The notes under the pieces were generated by a model, which saw only the letters and a program-made list of their open reading frames with translations, made no database searches and was not told where the DNA came from. This document shows, piece after piece, positions 38,183 through 49,010 of a stretch of 64,000 nt of DNA (within the stretch, counting starts at the first letter, position 1; each line of letters opens with the position of its first letter). This DNA is from an uncultured Bacillales bacterium (GTDB taxonomy: Bacteria; Bacillota_I; Bacilli_A; RF39; UBA660). Location: positions 7,808 through 71,807 of the forward strand of contig CAMOID010000002.1 in NCBI GenBank assembly GCA_946615975.1. The letters are read 5' to 3'. The translations under genes were made by a program, and so were the position numbers.

Positions 38183-41100
38183 TATTCTTCCCCTCCTTCA
38201 AATCCTGATTCAATGTTTTCTAAATCATCGAAATCTGGTTCTTCATCATCTAAATCATCGTCTCCAAAATCGTCGTCTTCAGGATCTTCTAAATCTTCGA
38301 TTGGAGTATCATCCTCTCTTGGAGGATCAATTATATCAGGAATAATAGATTCTTTTGGTTTAACTTCACCAGTAACTGGATCGATTTCATCAACAGTAAC
38401 TACTTCCTTTTCTTCTTCTTCTTGAGCTTCAAGTTCTCTTAAATCATGAATCTTATCATCATAATCTAACATTTCAACATTTAATCCTAATGCTTGGAAT
38501 TCTTTAATTAATACTCTGAATGATTCAGGAATTCCTGCAGTAGAAATTGTCTTACCTTTAACTAAAGCTTCATATACTTTAACTCTACCAACAACGTCAT
38601 CTGATTTAACAGTCATCATTTCTTGTAGAACATGAGCAGCACCATAAGCATATAATGCCCAAACTTCCATTTCACCGAATCTTTGACCACCAAATTGTGC
38701 TTTACCACCTAATGGTTGTTGAGTAACTAAACTGTATGGTCCAGTTGAACGTGCATGTAATTTATCATCAACCATGTGATGTAACTTGATCATGTACATA
38801 ACACCAACTGAAATTCTTGATTCGAATGGTTCACCAGTTTTACCATCGTATAACCATTGTTTACCATCATGATCCATACCTGCTTCATCCATCATTTCGT
38901 AGATTTCATCAATTGATGCACCATCGAATACTGGAGTAGCACAGTATACACCAAGTTTTTTAGCAGCCATTCCTAAGTGCAATTCTAGGATTTGTCCGAT
39001 ATTCATACGAGAAGGAACACCTTGTGGATTTAAACAAATATCTACAGGAGTACCATCAGCCATGTATGGCATATCTTCTTGAGGTAATATTAATGATACA
39101 ACACCTTTATTACCATGACGACCTGACATCTTGTCACCAACTTGGATCTTACGTTTTTGGATAATATAAACTCTTATTACTTTTGAAACACCAGCTGGTA
39201 ATTCATCAGAGTTTTCTTTAGTATAAACTCTAACATCATGAACAATACCACCTGCTCCGTGTTGTACACGTAATGAAGTATCTCTTACTTCACGAGTCTT
39301 TTCACCAAATATTGCATGTAATAATTTTTCTTCACTTGTTAATTCTTGAACACCTTTTGGAGTTACTTTACCAACTAAGATATCACCATCTTTAACTTCA
39401 GTACCAATTCTAACGATACCTTCAGCATCTAAGTTCTTTCTAGCTGCTTCAGATACATTAGGAATATCTCTAGTGATTTCTTCTGGTCCTAACTTAGTAT
39501 CACGGCATTCAATATCATAATGTTCTAGGTGTAATGATGTGAATACATCATCTTTAACTAGATTTTCATTTAATACGATCGCATCTTCGTAGTTATAACC
39601 ATTGCATGTCATGAATGCAATTGTCATATTTTTACCTAATGCTAATTCTCCAGCATTAGTAGATGGACCATCAGCGATAACTTCGCCTTTATGTACTTTA
39701 TCTCCAGCCTTAACTATTGGAGAATGATTTATACAAGATTCAGCATTACTCTTTTCGAAGTTTGCTAAATAATATACATCTTGATCTTTCTTTGTCTTAA
39801 CAACAATCTTTAATGAGTCAGCGTATTCTACTACACCATCGTTTTTACATACTACTGTAGATCCTGAGTCTCTTGCAGCAATATATTCAACACCAGTTCC
39901 AACAAATGGAGCTTCAGTTCTTAATAATGGAACAGCTTGACGTTGCATGTTTGAACCCATTAATGCACGAGTGGCATCATCATGGTCAAGGAATGGGATA
40001 ATACTTGTTGTAATTGAAACGATTTGTGCTGGTGAAACATCAATGAAATTGATTTTTTCAACTGGAACGATTACATCGTCACCATTAATACGACAAATAG
40101 TTTCATCAACAGTAAAGTTATTATCTTTATCCATTGGAGTTGTTGCTTGTCCAATATAGTAATCTGCTTCTTCATCAGCAGTTAAATATACGATTTCATC
40201 AGTTACATGTTTATTAACTACTTTTCTATATGGAGTAGTAATAAATCCGTATTCATTAATCTTAGCATATGATGCTAAAGAAGTAATTAAACCGATGTTT
40301 GCACCTTCTGGTGATTCGATAGGACAAATTCTACCGTAGTGTGATACGTTAACGTCACGTACGTCTAGACCAGCTCTATCTCTTGATAAACCACCAGGTC
40401 CAAGAGAAGATAAACGTCTCTTTTCAGTTAATTCTGCAATTGGGTTAATTTGATCCATGAATTTTGATAATTGTGATGAACCAAAGAATTCTTTCATTGC
40501 AGCTGTAACTGGACGAATATTAACTAATGTCTTTGGAGTAATAGTATCTAATTCTTGAGTAGTCATTCTTTCACGGATTACTCTTTCCATTCTAGCAATA
40601 CCTAATCTGAATTGAGTTTGTACTAATTCTCCTACTTGTCTTACACGTCTGTTACCTAAATGGTCGATTTCATCAACATTACCGAAACCTGCTAATAAGT
40701 TTAAGTAATATGATGTAGCAGCGTATACATCTGAAATAGTTAATCTCTTAGAATCAATAGATTGATCATTACCAATTACAGTAATAGTCTTCTTTTCATC
40801 TTTTGGATCATAAATTTTAATTGTTTGAATTTTATTATATTGATCTAATTCTTCATTGATAGTTATTTCCTTAACATTATAACCATCAGCAAAAATTGGT
40901 CTTAAAGTTTCAAGCATAGCTTTGTCAATTACGTCACCGTCTTTGATAATTACTTTACCATCTACTTTAATAGTTTCAGCGATTTTTTGATTTAATACTC
41001 TATCTAGGATATTTAATTTCTTATTGAATTTATAACGTCCTACTTTAGCTAAATCATAACGGAACTTATCAAAGAATCTAGTAATCATTTGATTCTTAGC

Positions 41101-41853
41101 AGAATCTAATGTAGCTGGTTCTCCTGGTCTTAATTTTTCATAGATTTCAATTAAGGCTTCGTCAGAATTCTTAGTAGAATCTTTTTCTAATGTATTCTTA
41201 ATGAATTGGTTATCATTTCCGTATACTTCTAAGATTTCTTCATCAGTAGATAGACCTAAAGCTCTTAATAATGTTGTAGCAGTAACTTTTCTAGTTCTAT
41301 CAATTCTTACCCATACAACGTCTTTAGCGTCTAATTCGTATTCTAACCAAGTACCTTTATTAGGAATAATTTCTCCAGATACAACAGGTCTACCATTCTT
41401 ATCTAATTCCTTTTTAAAATAAATTGAAGGGCTACGAACTAATTGTGATTGAATAACACGTTCAACACCATTGATGATGAAAGTTCCTGATTCAGTCATC
41501 ATTGGCATGTCACCTAAGAATATTTCTTGTTCTTTAACTTCACCAGTTTCATTAATAAATACTCTGGCTTGAACTCTAAGTGGAGCTGAGTATGTTACCA
41601 TACGTTCCTTAGATTCTTTAATAGAATATCTAGGTTCACCGAATTCATAAGAATCGAAAGTTAAAGTAACTTTTCCTGTGAAAGATTCAATTGGGAAAAT
41701 GTCTTTGAATATTTCGTCTATTCCTTCCTCTATAAACCATTTATATGATTTTGTTTGAACTTCTAATAAATCTGTTAAGGCAAGATTATTAGTAGTTTTT
41801 GAGAAAGATCTTCTTTCTCTGTGGTCACCAAATTTTTGTACTTTGTATGACAT
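38182..41853 (-). CDS. rpoB: DNA-directed RNA polymerase subunit beta (1223 aa, long acidic C-terminal tail)
   Basis: Rif-cluster region [16 protein letters not shown], and [15 protein letters not shown]. The C-terminal ~90 aa are rich in D and E. Confidence 0.97.
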   Translation of the reverse strand: MSYKVQKFGDHRERRSFSKTTNNLALTDLLEVQTKSYKWFIEEGIDEIFKDIFPIESFTGKVTLTFDSYEFGEPRYSIKESKERMVTYSAPLRVQARVFINETGEVKEQEIFLGDMPMMTESGTFIINGVERVIQSQLVRSPSIYFKKELDKNGRPVVSGEIIPNKGTWLEYELDAKDVVWVRIDRTRKVTATTLLRALGLSTDEEILEVYGNDNQFIKNTLEKDSTKNSDEALIEIYEKLRPGEPATLDSAKNQMITRFFDKFRYDLAKVGRYKFNKKLNILDRVLNQKIAETIKVDGKVIIKDGDVIDKAMLETLRPIFADGYNVKEITINEELDQYNKIQTIKIYDPKDEKKTITVIGNDQSIDSKRLTISDVYAATSYYLNLLAGFGNVDEIDHLGNRRVRQVGELVQTQFRLGIARMERVIRERMTTQELDTITPKTLVNIRPVTAAMKEFFGSSQLSKFMDQINPIAELTEKRRLSSLGPGGLSRDRAGLDVRDVNVSHYGRICPIESPEGANIGLITSLASYAKINEYGFITTPYRKVVNKHVTDEIVYLTADEEADYYIGQATTPMDKDNNFTVDETICRINGDDVIVPVEKINFIDVSPAQIVSITTSIIPFLDHDDATRALMGSNMQRQAVPLLRTEAPFVGTGVEYIAARDSGSTVVCKNDGVVEYADSLKIVVKTKKDQDVYYLANFEKSNAESCINHSPIVKAGDKVHKGEVIADGPSTNAGELALGKNMTIAFMTCNGYNYEDAIVLNENLVKDDVFTSLHLEHYDIECRDTKLGPEEITRDIPNVSEAARKNLDAEGIVRIGTEVKDGDILVGKVTPKGVQELTSEEKLLHAIFGEKTREVRDTSLRVQHGAGGIVHDVRVYTKENSDELPAGVSKVIRVYIIQKRKIQVGDKMSGRHGNKGVVSLILPQEDMPYMADGTPVDICLNPQGVPSRMNIGQILELHLGMAAKKLGVYCATPVFDGASIDEIYEMMDEAGMDHDGKQWLYDGKTGEPFESRISVGVMYMIKLHHMVDDKLHARSTGPYSLVTQQPLGGKAQFGGQRFGEMEVWALYAYGAAHVLQEMMTVKSDDVVGRVKVYEALVKGKTISTAGIPESFRVLIKEFQALGLNVEMLDYDDKIHDLRELEAQEEEEKEVVTVDEIDPVTGEVKPKESIIPDIIDPPREDDTPIEDLEDPEDDDFGDDDLDDEEPDFDDLENIESGFEGGEE

Positions 41854-41940
41854 TGTTTCACCCCAATACTATAGTAATTTTTTTGAAATATTTCCATGCA
41901 AAAAAGAAATACGTCACCAATTTAAAAGTATATCAAAACT

Positions 41941-42546
41941 CTAAATTGAAGTCAATAACTTTTTAGCAATAATAATATAAAAGCCTTTACTTTTTTCTAC
42001 TACTTCCATTGAGTATGTATCAGAAAGTAATTTCATTATAGTTTCTGCACCTTGATTCTTTCTTATTACGAACCAAAGAGTACCATCATCATTTAAATGA
42101 TCAGCTGCTCCTTTAAGTATGCCCATAACTACTTCTCTACCTGCTCTTATAGGTGGATTAGTAATAATAGCATCATACTTTCCAGTGACGTTTTCGTAAA
42201 TATATGATTCAAATGCTTGTGCATTAACTATCTTATTATTTTTAATGTTCATTTCAGCTAAATGAACTGCTCTTTTATTTATATCTATTAATGTAGAATT
42301 AGTATTTTTAAATTTAGCTAAAGTTAACCCAATAAATCCATAGCCACATCCTACATCCAATATATCTATATTTGGGAATCCTTTTTTTAAATAATTTTCA
42401 ACAAGTAATCTAGAACCAAAGTCTATTTTATCTTTAGAGAATACACCAAGATCGCTTGTAAAAGAAATAGTATCTCCAGCATATTCATATGTAATAGTTC
42501 TAAAATCACTTTTTAAATTAGAATTGTTAGTAAAGTAATGTTCCAT
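41941..42546 (-). CDS. Class I SAM-dependent methyltransferase, RsmC/YbxB-like small-domain type
   Basis: ILDVGCGYGFIGLTLA (motif I) and ITNPPIRAG (NPPxxxG). It sits directly upstream of rpoB, as ybxB does in Bacillus. Confidence 0.75.
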   Translation of the reverse strand: MEHYFTNNSNLKSDFRTITYEYAGDTISFTSDLGVFSKDKIDFGSRLLVENYLKKGFPNIDILDVGCGYGFIGLTLAKFKNTNSTLIDINKRAVHLAEMNIKNNKIVNAQAFESYIYENVTGKYDAIITNPPIRAGREVVMGILKGAADHLNDDGTLWFVIRKNQGAETIMKLLSDTYSMEVVEKSKGFYIIIAKKLLTSI

Positions 42547-42610
42547 ATCTTGCCCCTTAGTTATTTAATTATATGATAAATAGGTTCTTATTTCAAGAAT
42601 ATTTTTGCAA

Positions 42611-42641
42611 TAAAAAAATTGTTAGTTAATACTAACAATTT
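42611..42641 (-). terminator. Terminator after greA
   Basis: Stem aattgttag/ctaacaatt (42617-42625 / 42632-42640) plus a T-run on the minus strand. Confidence 0.65.
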
Positions 42642-43089
42642 TTAAATCATATGAACCATTTGGAGCTTCAACTGAAACTACTTCTCCAGCTTTGTGTCCA
42701 AAGATTGCTTTACCGATTGGTGAGTTAGCTGAAATCTTATTGTTATCAATATCAACTTCAGTTTCTCCTACCATCTTATATTCATCTTCTTCATCATCGT
42801 CTACATATAATACTGTAACTGTAGATCCAATACCTACTTTTGATTTAGAAGCTTTTACTACATTAGCATTTTCAACAATGTATTCAAGTTCTTTAATTCT
42901 TGCTTCAGTCTTAGCTTGTTCATCTCTTGCTGCATCATATTCAGCATTTTCAGATAAGTCTCCTTGAGCTCTTGCATCTTTGATAGCTTGAATAATTCTT
43001 GGTCTATCTTCTAATCTTAATTTATCTAATTCAGCTTTAACTTGTTCTAATCCTTCTTGAGTTAAATCAAATGTTTTCTTTTCAGCCAT
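42622..43089 (-). CDS. greA: Transcription elongation factor GreA
   Basis: Coiled-coil with the acidic tip QGDLSENAEYDAARDEQ and a C-terminal FKBP-like domain. I prefer the ATG at 43089 (AAGGAA RBS). Confidence 0.93.
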   Translation of the reverse strand: MAEKKTFDLTQEGLEQVKAELDKLRLEDRPRIIQAIKDARAQGDLSENAEYDAARDEQAKTEARIKELEYIVENANVVKASKSKVGIGSTVTVLYVDDDEEDEYKMVGETEVDIDNNKISANSPIGKAIFGHKAGEVVSVEAPNGSYDLKIVSIN

Positions 43090-43151
43090 TTTAATCATTC
43101 CTTTTTTTAAACATATTTATTAATAAAACTACTTTTAAAATATTACTCTAA

Positions 43152-44360
43152 TTATTTAGAAAAGTCAAACATTTTTATGCGCATCATATCATTTTTTTGT
43201 ACTTTAAATGGTATATGCATCTTAATTATCATTTGTGGATGTCTTGCAACATCTATATTATTTCCTTCTTCATCAATAATATTATCTACAACCCATGTTG
43301 TAGTTTCCATATTAGGTCCAAAGAATTGAACAGTATCTCCAAGTTTAAAATTGTTTCTTTGTTCTAGTGTTACTACACCATCTTCATAGTCTAAAACTAA
43401 TCCTAAGAAATCTTGATTAGATAATTCTTCTCTACCTAAATAATATTGTTCATTTACTCCTGGTAACTTATCAAAGAATTGAGGAGTTGATTCACGATTA
43501 GCAACTCTATTTAAAATATTAAGTGAATATTCAGCATATTCAGGAGTAAGTGTTCCATCTAATATTCTATCCATTAATCTTCTATATACTAAGATAACAG
43601 TTGAAACATAATAAATTGAACGCATTCTTCCTTCTATTTTAAATGAGAATACATGTGATTTAATCATATCTTGTATTAGAGATACCATATTTAAATCTTT
43701 TGGTGTCATGCTAAATGGTGTATCAGTAATCTTATTATCATTTTTATAATAATCAAATACCCATCTACATATTTGAGCACATCCACCACGGTTAGAATCT
43801 CTATTAGTACAATAATTTGAAAGTACACATCTACCACTTATAGATGTACACATAGCTCCATGACAGAAACATTCAATTTCCATTCCTGTTTCTTCATAGA
43901 TTCTTTCTATATCTTCTTTAGAGGCTTCTCTTGCAAGTACTACTCTAGTTGCACCAAATTCTTCTTTATAGAATTTAGCAACTTCATAGTTTAATGTACT
44001 TGCTTGAGTAGATACATGTAGATCTACTTTAATGTTATTTTCTTTCATTAAACGCATTACTGTTATATCAGATGCAAGTATTGCATCTACATGTATTGAT
44101 TCTAAATATTTTAAATATTCTAATAATCCTTCTAAATCGTCATTATGGAATACTATATTACATGTTACATATATTTTTTTACCTAATGAATGTGCATATT
44201 CAACAGCTTCTTTAAGTTCTTCTCTTGAGAAGTTCTTTGCATTAGCTCTTAATGAATAATTCTTATATCCTAAATAACAAGCATCAGCTCCATATAAGAA
44301 TGCATATTTTAATTTTTCTAAAGACCCTGCAGGTGCAAGTAATTCTACCATATCATCCAC
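43152..44360 (-). CDS. yrrO: Peptidase U32 family protein (YrrO/TrhP-type; tRNA U34 hydroxylation in B. subtilis)
   Basis: U32 signature IECFCHGAMCTSISGRCVLS. Synteny yrrM-yrrN-yrrO-greA as in Bacillus. Confidence 0.8.
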   Translation of the reverse strand: MDDMVELLAPAGSLEKLKYAFLYGADACYLGYKNYSLRANAKNFSREELKEAVEYAHSLGKKIYVTCNIVFHNDDLEGLLEYLKYLESIHVDAILASDITVMRLMKENNIKVDLHVSTQASTLNYEVAKFYKEEFGATRVVLAREASKEDIERIYEETGMEIECFCHGAMCTSISGRCVLSNYCTNRDSNRGGCAQICRWVFDYYKNDNKITDTPFSMTPKDLNMVSLIQDMIKSHVFSFKIEGRMRSIYYVSTVILVYRRLMDRILDGTLTPEYAEYSLNILNRVANRESTPQFFDKLPGVNEQYYLGREELSNQDFLGLVLDYEDGVVTLEQRNNFKLGDTVQFFGPNMETTTWVVDNIIDEEGNNIDVARHPQMIIKMHIPFKVQKNDMMRIKMFDFSK

Positions 44361-44364
44361 CTAC

Positions 44365-45153
44365 CTATCTATCTGTGTACTCACTCATACGATATACTGT
44401 CTTCTTATTTAAGAATCCATCATTACCGAATGGTTGTCCATCTATAATATTTTTTATTTCATCAATAGATAAATCTAAGTTATATATTAAATAATATTTA
44501 ATCTTACTATCATCTAATGATTTACTAAAATCTATATAATTAAAATATTCATTATTAAAAACTGCTGTTCCATTTGAAGTTTCATGTGCATAGAATTTAT
44601 TATTTGTATGAGTTTCATCTAATACTACATCATTTACTTCATCTAAATTATTATATTTATTAAAATTAGTTAATAAAGTTCTTCTAGAATACATAATCAT
44701 ATTCTTACCTAATACATTAAATACAACTGGTTTAATAGCATTGTTAACTATATCTGTTATTTCTTCTTTAGTTATTTCATTAGATAAAAGTGCACTTTCA
44801 CATTTAGATAACCAATAATTAATTGATTCAGTGTTAGTACCAAAGTGAGCTTGAGCCCAAATTAATTCTATATCAGAATCTTTAAATATGTTATATATAC
44901 CTAAATCTTCAAATATAATACCTTTATATTCTAATAATTTATCTTTAATAGCTTTAATACCATCTATACCCTTTGTATCTAATACACGATTAATTAATAT
45001 ATATGAATCTTTTGGAATATCTTCTAAATCGAATTCTTGGTATCCGATTGAATAGTCCTTAAGTGCAAAAAGAAAATTGGTGATTCCAATTTTCTTATAT
45101 TCTTCTAAATCACCTAAGGAATTAATATTAATCAATACCTTTGATAGATTCAT
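44365..45153 (-). CDS. yrrN: Peptidase U32 family protein, short paralogue (YrrN-type)
   Basis: 262 aa. Position and size match yrrN, between the O-methyltransferase gene and yrrO. The sequence motifs are weak. Confidence 0.6.
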   Translation of the reverse strand: MNLSKVLININSLGDLEEYKKIGITNFLFALKDYSIGYQEFDLEDIPKDSYILINRVLDTKGIDGIKAIKDKLLEYKGIIFEDLGIYNIFKDSDIELIWAQAHFGTNTESINYWLSKCESALLSNEITKEEITDIVNNAIKPVVFNVLGKNMIMYSRRTLLTNFNKYNNLDEVNDVVLDETHTNNKFYAHETSNGTAVFNNEYFNYIDFSKSLDDSKIKYYLIYNLDLSIDEIKNIIDGQPFGNDGFLNKKTVYRMSEYTDR

Positions 45154-45739
45154 TGTCTCTCCTAAAACTTACTGCAAGTCCATCACCTACATCATAGAAT
45201 TTAGTAATGAACTCATCATTATTTTGAAGGTATTCCTTATAATCTTCTATCTTATCAACTAATTGTCTTACATTCTTAGATTCAATTTTATCTTTTTCTG
45301 CAACTAAACCATGGAACTTAATATTATCAGTTATAATAACTCCACCTGGATTTAAATAGTTTTTAAATTTTTCAAAATATTTAATTAATTGAGATTTAGC
45401 AGCATCTATAAATATTAAATCATATTTATAACCAGCTAAGTTAACATCTAAAGCATCATTAAAAACAACTTCAATTCTATTGTCTAATCCAATTTCATTG
45501 ATATTCTTAACTGCTTCTCTGTAACGTTTGTCATCTCTTTCGATTGTTGTTACTTCAACATCTTCTTTAGTTGTAGCCATTAGTATAGCTGAATATCCAA
45601 TAGCAGTTCCAATTTCTAATATTTTCTTAACATCATTTAATTTAATGTACTTTTTAATGAAAAGTATTGAATCTGGTTCAATAATAGGAACATTATTTGC
45701 TTCTGCATATCTTTCCATTTCTTTTATTACATCATTCAT
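45128..45739 (-). CDS. trmR: SAM-dependent O-methyltransferase family 3 (YrrM/TrmR-like)
   Basis: ILEIGTAIGYSA (motif I), FIDAAK, VIITDN. Synteny next to mltG and the U32 pair. Confidence 0.75.
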   Translation of the reverse strand: MNDVIKEMERYAEANNVPIIEPDSILFIKKYIKLNDVKKILEIGTAIGYSAILMATTKEDVEVTTIERDDKRYREAVKNINEIGLDNRIEVVFNDALDVNLAGYKYDLIFIDAAKSQLIKYFEKFKNYLNPGGVIITDNIKFHGLVAEKDKIESKNVRQLVDKIEDYKEYLQNNDEFITKFYDVGDGLAVSFRRDNESIKGID

Positions 45740-45757
45740 TTTATTTAACTCTCCTTT

Positions 45758-46882
45758 TTACTCTGGGTATATACCTTGAGTTCTTAAGTCATTTATATTC
45801 TTTTGATGTCCATATCCATCTTCAGCAAAATATAACTTATTTTTATTATCAGCAACAAAGTATAGATAATTTGAACTCTCAGGTTCTATTGCAGCAACTA
45901 TGCTTGATTTTGATGGACTAGCAATTGGTCCAACTGGTAATCCTTTAACACATGTACCTCTTGTATTATAAGCATTACATGCATCTAATTCTCTTTGCCA
46001 TAAACTATCTGTTAATGGTTTTTGTTCAGCATAATATGTTGTTACATCAGATCCTAAAGTCATACCTATACGCAATCTGTTATAGAATACACCAGCTAAA
46101 ACTTTTCGGTCTGTTTCACTGACACCTTCCAATTCTACCACACTTGCAAGTGTAAGTAAACCATGACTTCCTAATGAGGAATCATCAATCTTATCCTTAT
46201 ATGGCTTTAATGTTGAATCCATTTCATCTAACATCTTACCAAATATATCTTCTAATTTAGAGTTTTTATCAAATGCATATGTATCTGCAAATAGATATCC
46301 TTCTAATGGATAATATAATTTATCATTTAATATATCATTTGTAATAAACCAATACTTATCTATAAGTTTTTGTAAGTATTCTTTATCTTTACCCTTATTA
46401 ATAACATCATCATATGAGATATTTTCAAAGTTATCAGATATTACTTTTGCATAATCAGTAAATCTTTTACCTTCAACGAATTGAACTGTTATATCTTCTG
46501 TTAATGCTTTTTTAGTATTTCCAATTGAATCATATATTTCAGGAACTGACATATTCTTCTTTAAATTATATGTTCCTGCATAGAATTGTAAATCACTATT
46601 AATCTTTAAATATAATTTAGCAAATAATTCATTTCTTATTAAGTCTTGTTCTTTTAAATGTTTTATAACAACTACTTTAGATTCACCTTCTGATATAGTA
46701 AAAGGATATACTGTATCATCTTCTGGATTAACAGGCATTAAATTTGTTCCAAATATACATCCTACAATAAAACCAATTATTATAAATAGTATTAGTACTA
46801 TTAAGGCTACTCTTTGTAGGAACTTTATATTTCTATCAGTTGTAGTTTCATTATTTATTAGAATCCCCATTTTCTTCAACAA
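45758..46882 (-). CDS. mltG: Endolytic murein transglycosylase MltG (YceG family)
   Basis: N-terminal TM, LASVVELEG, YNTRGTCVKGLPVGPIASPS. Confidence 0.85.
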   Translation of the reverse strand: MLKKMGILINNETTTDRNIKFLQRVALIVLILFIIIGFIVGCIFGTNLMPVNPEDDTVYPFTISEGESKVVVIKHLKEQDLIRNELFAKLYLKINSDLQFYAGTYNLKKNMSVPEIYDSIGNTKKALTEDITVQFVEGKRFTDYAKVISDNFENISYDDVINKGKDKEYLQKLIDKYWFITNDILNDKLYYPLEGYLFADTYAFDKNSKLEDIFGKMLDEMDSTLKPYKDKIDDSSLGSHGLLTLASVVELEGVSETDRKVLAGVFYNRLRIGMTLGSDVTTYYAEQKPLTDSLWQRELDACNAYNTRGTCVKGLPVGPIASPSKSSIVAAIEPESSNYLYFVADNKNKLYFAEDGYGHQKNINDLRTQGIYPE

Positions 46883-47162
46883 CCTCTCTTACTTTTTCTT
46901 GTACAGATATTAATATATTATTTATTGCTTGCCATTCTTTTTCTGTAGTAATAGGTTCTAATTTTAATGATTCTCCATTTGGATCATATATGTTAGCATA
47001 TACTTTTATATTACCTTTTTCATCTTTTGTATTATCTGTATAAGCTATATAACTTTTACCTGTTTCATCAGAATCAAATGTAAATAATACATCACATTCC
47101 ATTACTTCGCCTTTATCATTTTTTATAATTAATTTTCCATCTTTTTCCATATCATTACCCAC
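46851..47162 (-). CDS. DUF1292 (YrzB-like) protein
   Basis: CDVLFTFDSDETGKSYIAYTDN...EWQAINNIL pattern, and position between ruvX and mltG. The start may be the ATG at 47150. Confidence 0.7.
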   Translation of the reverse strand: MGNDMEKDGKLIIKNDKGEVMECDVLFTFDSDETGKSYIAYTDNTKDEKGNIKVYANIYDPNGESLKLEPITTEKEWQAINNILISVQEKVREVVEENGDSNK

Positions 47163-47580
47163 GATTCTTTATTTCTTGTTGTCTAAGATATGTATCTAAT
47201 ATTACAGATGCTGCTACAGCATCTATAACACCTTTTCTATTCTTTCTAGACATATCTTCTTCTAATAAATAGTTTTCTGCTTCTACAGTAGATAATCTTT
47301 CATCTATTAAATTAATTTCTAAATCTGTTTTAGATTCTAATAGATTTTTAAAATTATTAGTTCTTTCTACTGCAGGTCCTTCAGTATTATTCATATTTTT
47401 TGGATATCCTAATACAAGAACTTCTATTTTTTCATTTTTAATTATTTCTAATACTTCATCTACTAAAGTATTTATATCTTCATATCTAATTGTTTTATAT
47501 GGACTAGCAATCATGCCTAATCTATCAGATGTAGCAAGGCCTAATGTTCTAGTTCCTAAATCCATTCCTAATGCTTTCAT
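47155..47580 (-). CDS. ruvX: Pre-16S rRNA nuclease / putative Holliday junction resolvase RuvX (YqgF/YrrK)
   Basis: MKALGMDLGTRTLGLATSD...DERLSTVEAE. Confidence 0.88.
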   Translation of the reverse strand: MKALGMDLGTRTLGLATSDRLGMIASPYKTIRYEDINTLVDEVLEIIKNEKIEVLVLGYPKNMNNTEGPAVERTNNFKNLLESKTDLEINLIDERLSTVEAENYLLEEDMSRKNRKGVIDAVAASVILDTYLRQQEIKNRG

Positions 47581-47581
47581 A

Positions 47582-47824
47582 TTAACCCTCTAAATACTTT
47601 CTAACAATAGTTTCAATTAATTTACCACGATCAATTGAAAGTATTTTGTTTCTAGCATCTTTATTAGAAGTTATATATGATGGATCACCAGTAGTTAAAT
47701 AACCAACAATTTGATTAACTGGATTAAATCCTCTTTCTACTAGTGCTGAATATACTTCATCTAATGTAGTTTCAACTAAAGCATCTTCTATATCAGTTAA
47801 ATTATAAAGAGTTGTTTCCTCCAT
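47582..47824 (-). CDS. ireB: IreB/UPF0297 family protein (YrzL)
   Basis: VYSALVERGFNPVNQIVGYLTTGDPSYITSNKDARNKI. Confidence 0.85.
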   Translation of the reverse strand: MEETTLYNLTDIEDALVETTLDEVYSALVERGFNPVNQIVGYLTTGDPSYITSNKDARNKILSIDRGKLIETIVRKYLEG

Positions 47825-47879
47825 TTATAAATCACCTCTAATATATCAATATTTTAACAAAATTAGTATTTTTATACAA

Positions 47880-47907
47880 TATAAAAGGATAATATTTCTA
47901 TTATCCT
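47880..47907 (-). terminator. Terminator after the second thioredoxin gene
   Basis: Stem aggataat/attatcct (47886-47893 / 47900-47907) followed by TTTTAT on the minus strand. Confidence 0.55.
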
Positions 47908-48202
47908 ATTTATTGATAAATTCTATTATTTCTTCTTTACTTCTTAAACCTATAAACTTATCTACTTCAGATCCGTTTTTAAAAAGTATTACTGTTGGAA
48001 TAGACATAACTCCAAACTTTTGTGCTAAGTCAGGAAATTCATCAGTGTTAACTTTTAACACTTCTACTTCATCTTCCATTGTTTCAAATATTTGACCAAT
48101 CATCTTACATGGTCCACACCATTCAGCATAAAAATCAACTAAGATTTTATCAGCTTGAATTTCATTAACAAAATTCTCTTCTTTATCTAAATGTTTAATC
48201 AT
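47906..48202 (-). CDS. Thioredoxin (second copy)
   Basis: WCGPCK active site, 98 aa. Confidence 0.88.
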   Translation of the reverse strand: MIKHLDKEENFVNEIQADKILVDFYAEWCGPCKMIGQIFETMEDEVEVLKVNTDEFPDLAQKFGVMSIPTVILFKNGSEVDKFIGLRSKEEIIEFINK

Positions 48203-48210
48203 ATACTCTC

Positions 48211-48927
48211 CTATTGATTTTTATATTTTTCTAATAATTCATCAGAATTTTCAACTTGTAGCTTACCTTTATCTAATAAATCTTTAGCATTCTTAGTACT
48301 AATTACTTTATATTTTAATAATACTTCTAATGCATCATAGTTGGCTTTAGTTTTATCTGCTTCTCCATCAGCTTTAATAGCTATATCATATATTTCTGTA
48401 ACTGTATGATATACACCATTTGTTACTTGACTCATTAATGGAGTACGTTCAAGTATAATTGGAGCTACTGTAGATTCTTTAACTAACTTAGTACTTAATG
48501 GTATTTGAGCCATTATAAATACTAATACAAAACAGAATATATAACTTTGTAATACAGATGCTACTATACCTAATATTTTACTTGGTAAAGATAATATAAT
48601 AGTTTTATTAACTAATTTATCTATTAATCCTGTTACTTTAACAAGTAATGCTAAAAGTGTTCCTAAAACAAATACACATATTAAATATGATACTGCTTCA
48701 TATACACATATATTAATAGATGTAATACCTAAGAATAAACCACCAAATGAGAAGAATGGTAAATTCTTATATAGTAATACACTTATTGGATCTTTTAAGA
48801 AATAAGATACTACTATTACTATTAATGTACCAACTAAATTAAGAAGTGATGAAATACCACCTGTCTTCCATCCTTTATAAGCTGCATATACTAATATTAT
48901 CGCTAATACTATATCTAAATAATTCAT
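48211..48927 (-). CDS. cvpA: CvpA-family membrane protein with a soluble C-terminal extension
   Basis: MNYLDIVLAIILVYAAYKGWKTGGISSLLNLVG plus 4 TM segments. Adjacent to rnhC, as in Bacillus. Confidence 0.75.
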   Translation of the reverse strand: MNYLDIVLAIILVYAAYKGWKTGGISSLLNLVGTLIVIVVSYFLKDPISVLLYKNLPFFSFGGLFLGITSINICVYEAVSYLICVFVLGTLLALLVKVTGLIDKLVNKTIILSLPSKILGIVASVLQSYIFCFVLVFIMAQIPLSTKLVKESTVAPIILERTPLMSQVTNGVYHTVTEIYDIAIKADGEADKTKANYDALEVLLKYKVISTKNAKDLLDKGKLQVENSDELLEKYKNQ

Positions 48928-49010
48928 ATTATCACCTAAGTTAATTATAATTAAAGATATTTAAAAAAGCAATAAGATATGGTATATTATTTAGGTAAGA
49001 GGTGTTGGCT

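Noticed and set aside
38182-38470. The very acidic ~90-aa C-terminal tail of RpoB (and a shorter one on RpoC) as a novel feature, for example a delta-subunit mimic.
   Set aside because: B. subtilis and other Firmicutes beta subunits also end in acidic tails. The greater length alone is not compelling without an alignment.
35226-41422. Several 60-95-aa plus-strand ORFs inside rpoC and rpoB (35226, 35937, 38163, 38213, 39947, 41201).
   Set aside because: They are antisense shadows of highly conserved genes and are serine- or isoleucine-rich with no start signals. The same reasoning applies to the other embedded antisense ORFs in the track: 5209, 7377, 8215, 11473, 12385, 16932, 24076, 28106, 31146, 32557, 33656, 42692, 44032, 44252, 45077, 45528, 45697, 47913, 53328, 54866, 55619 and 57016.
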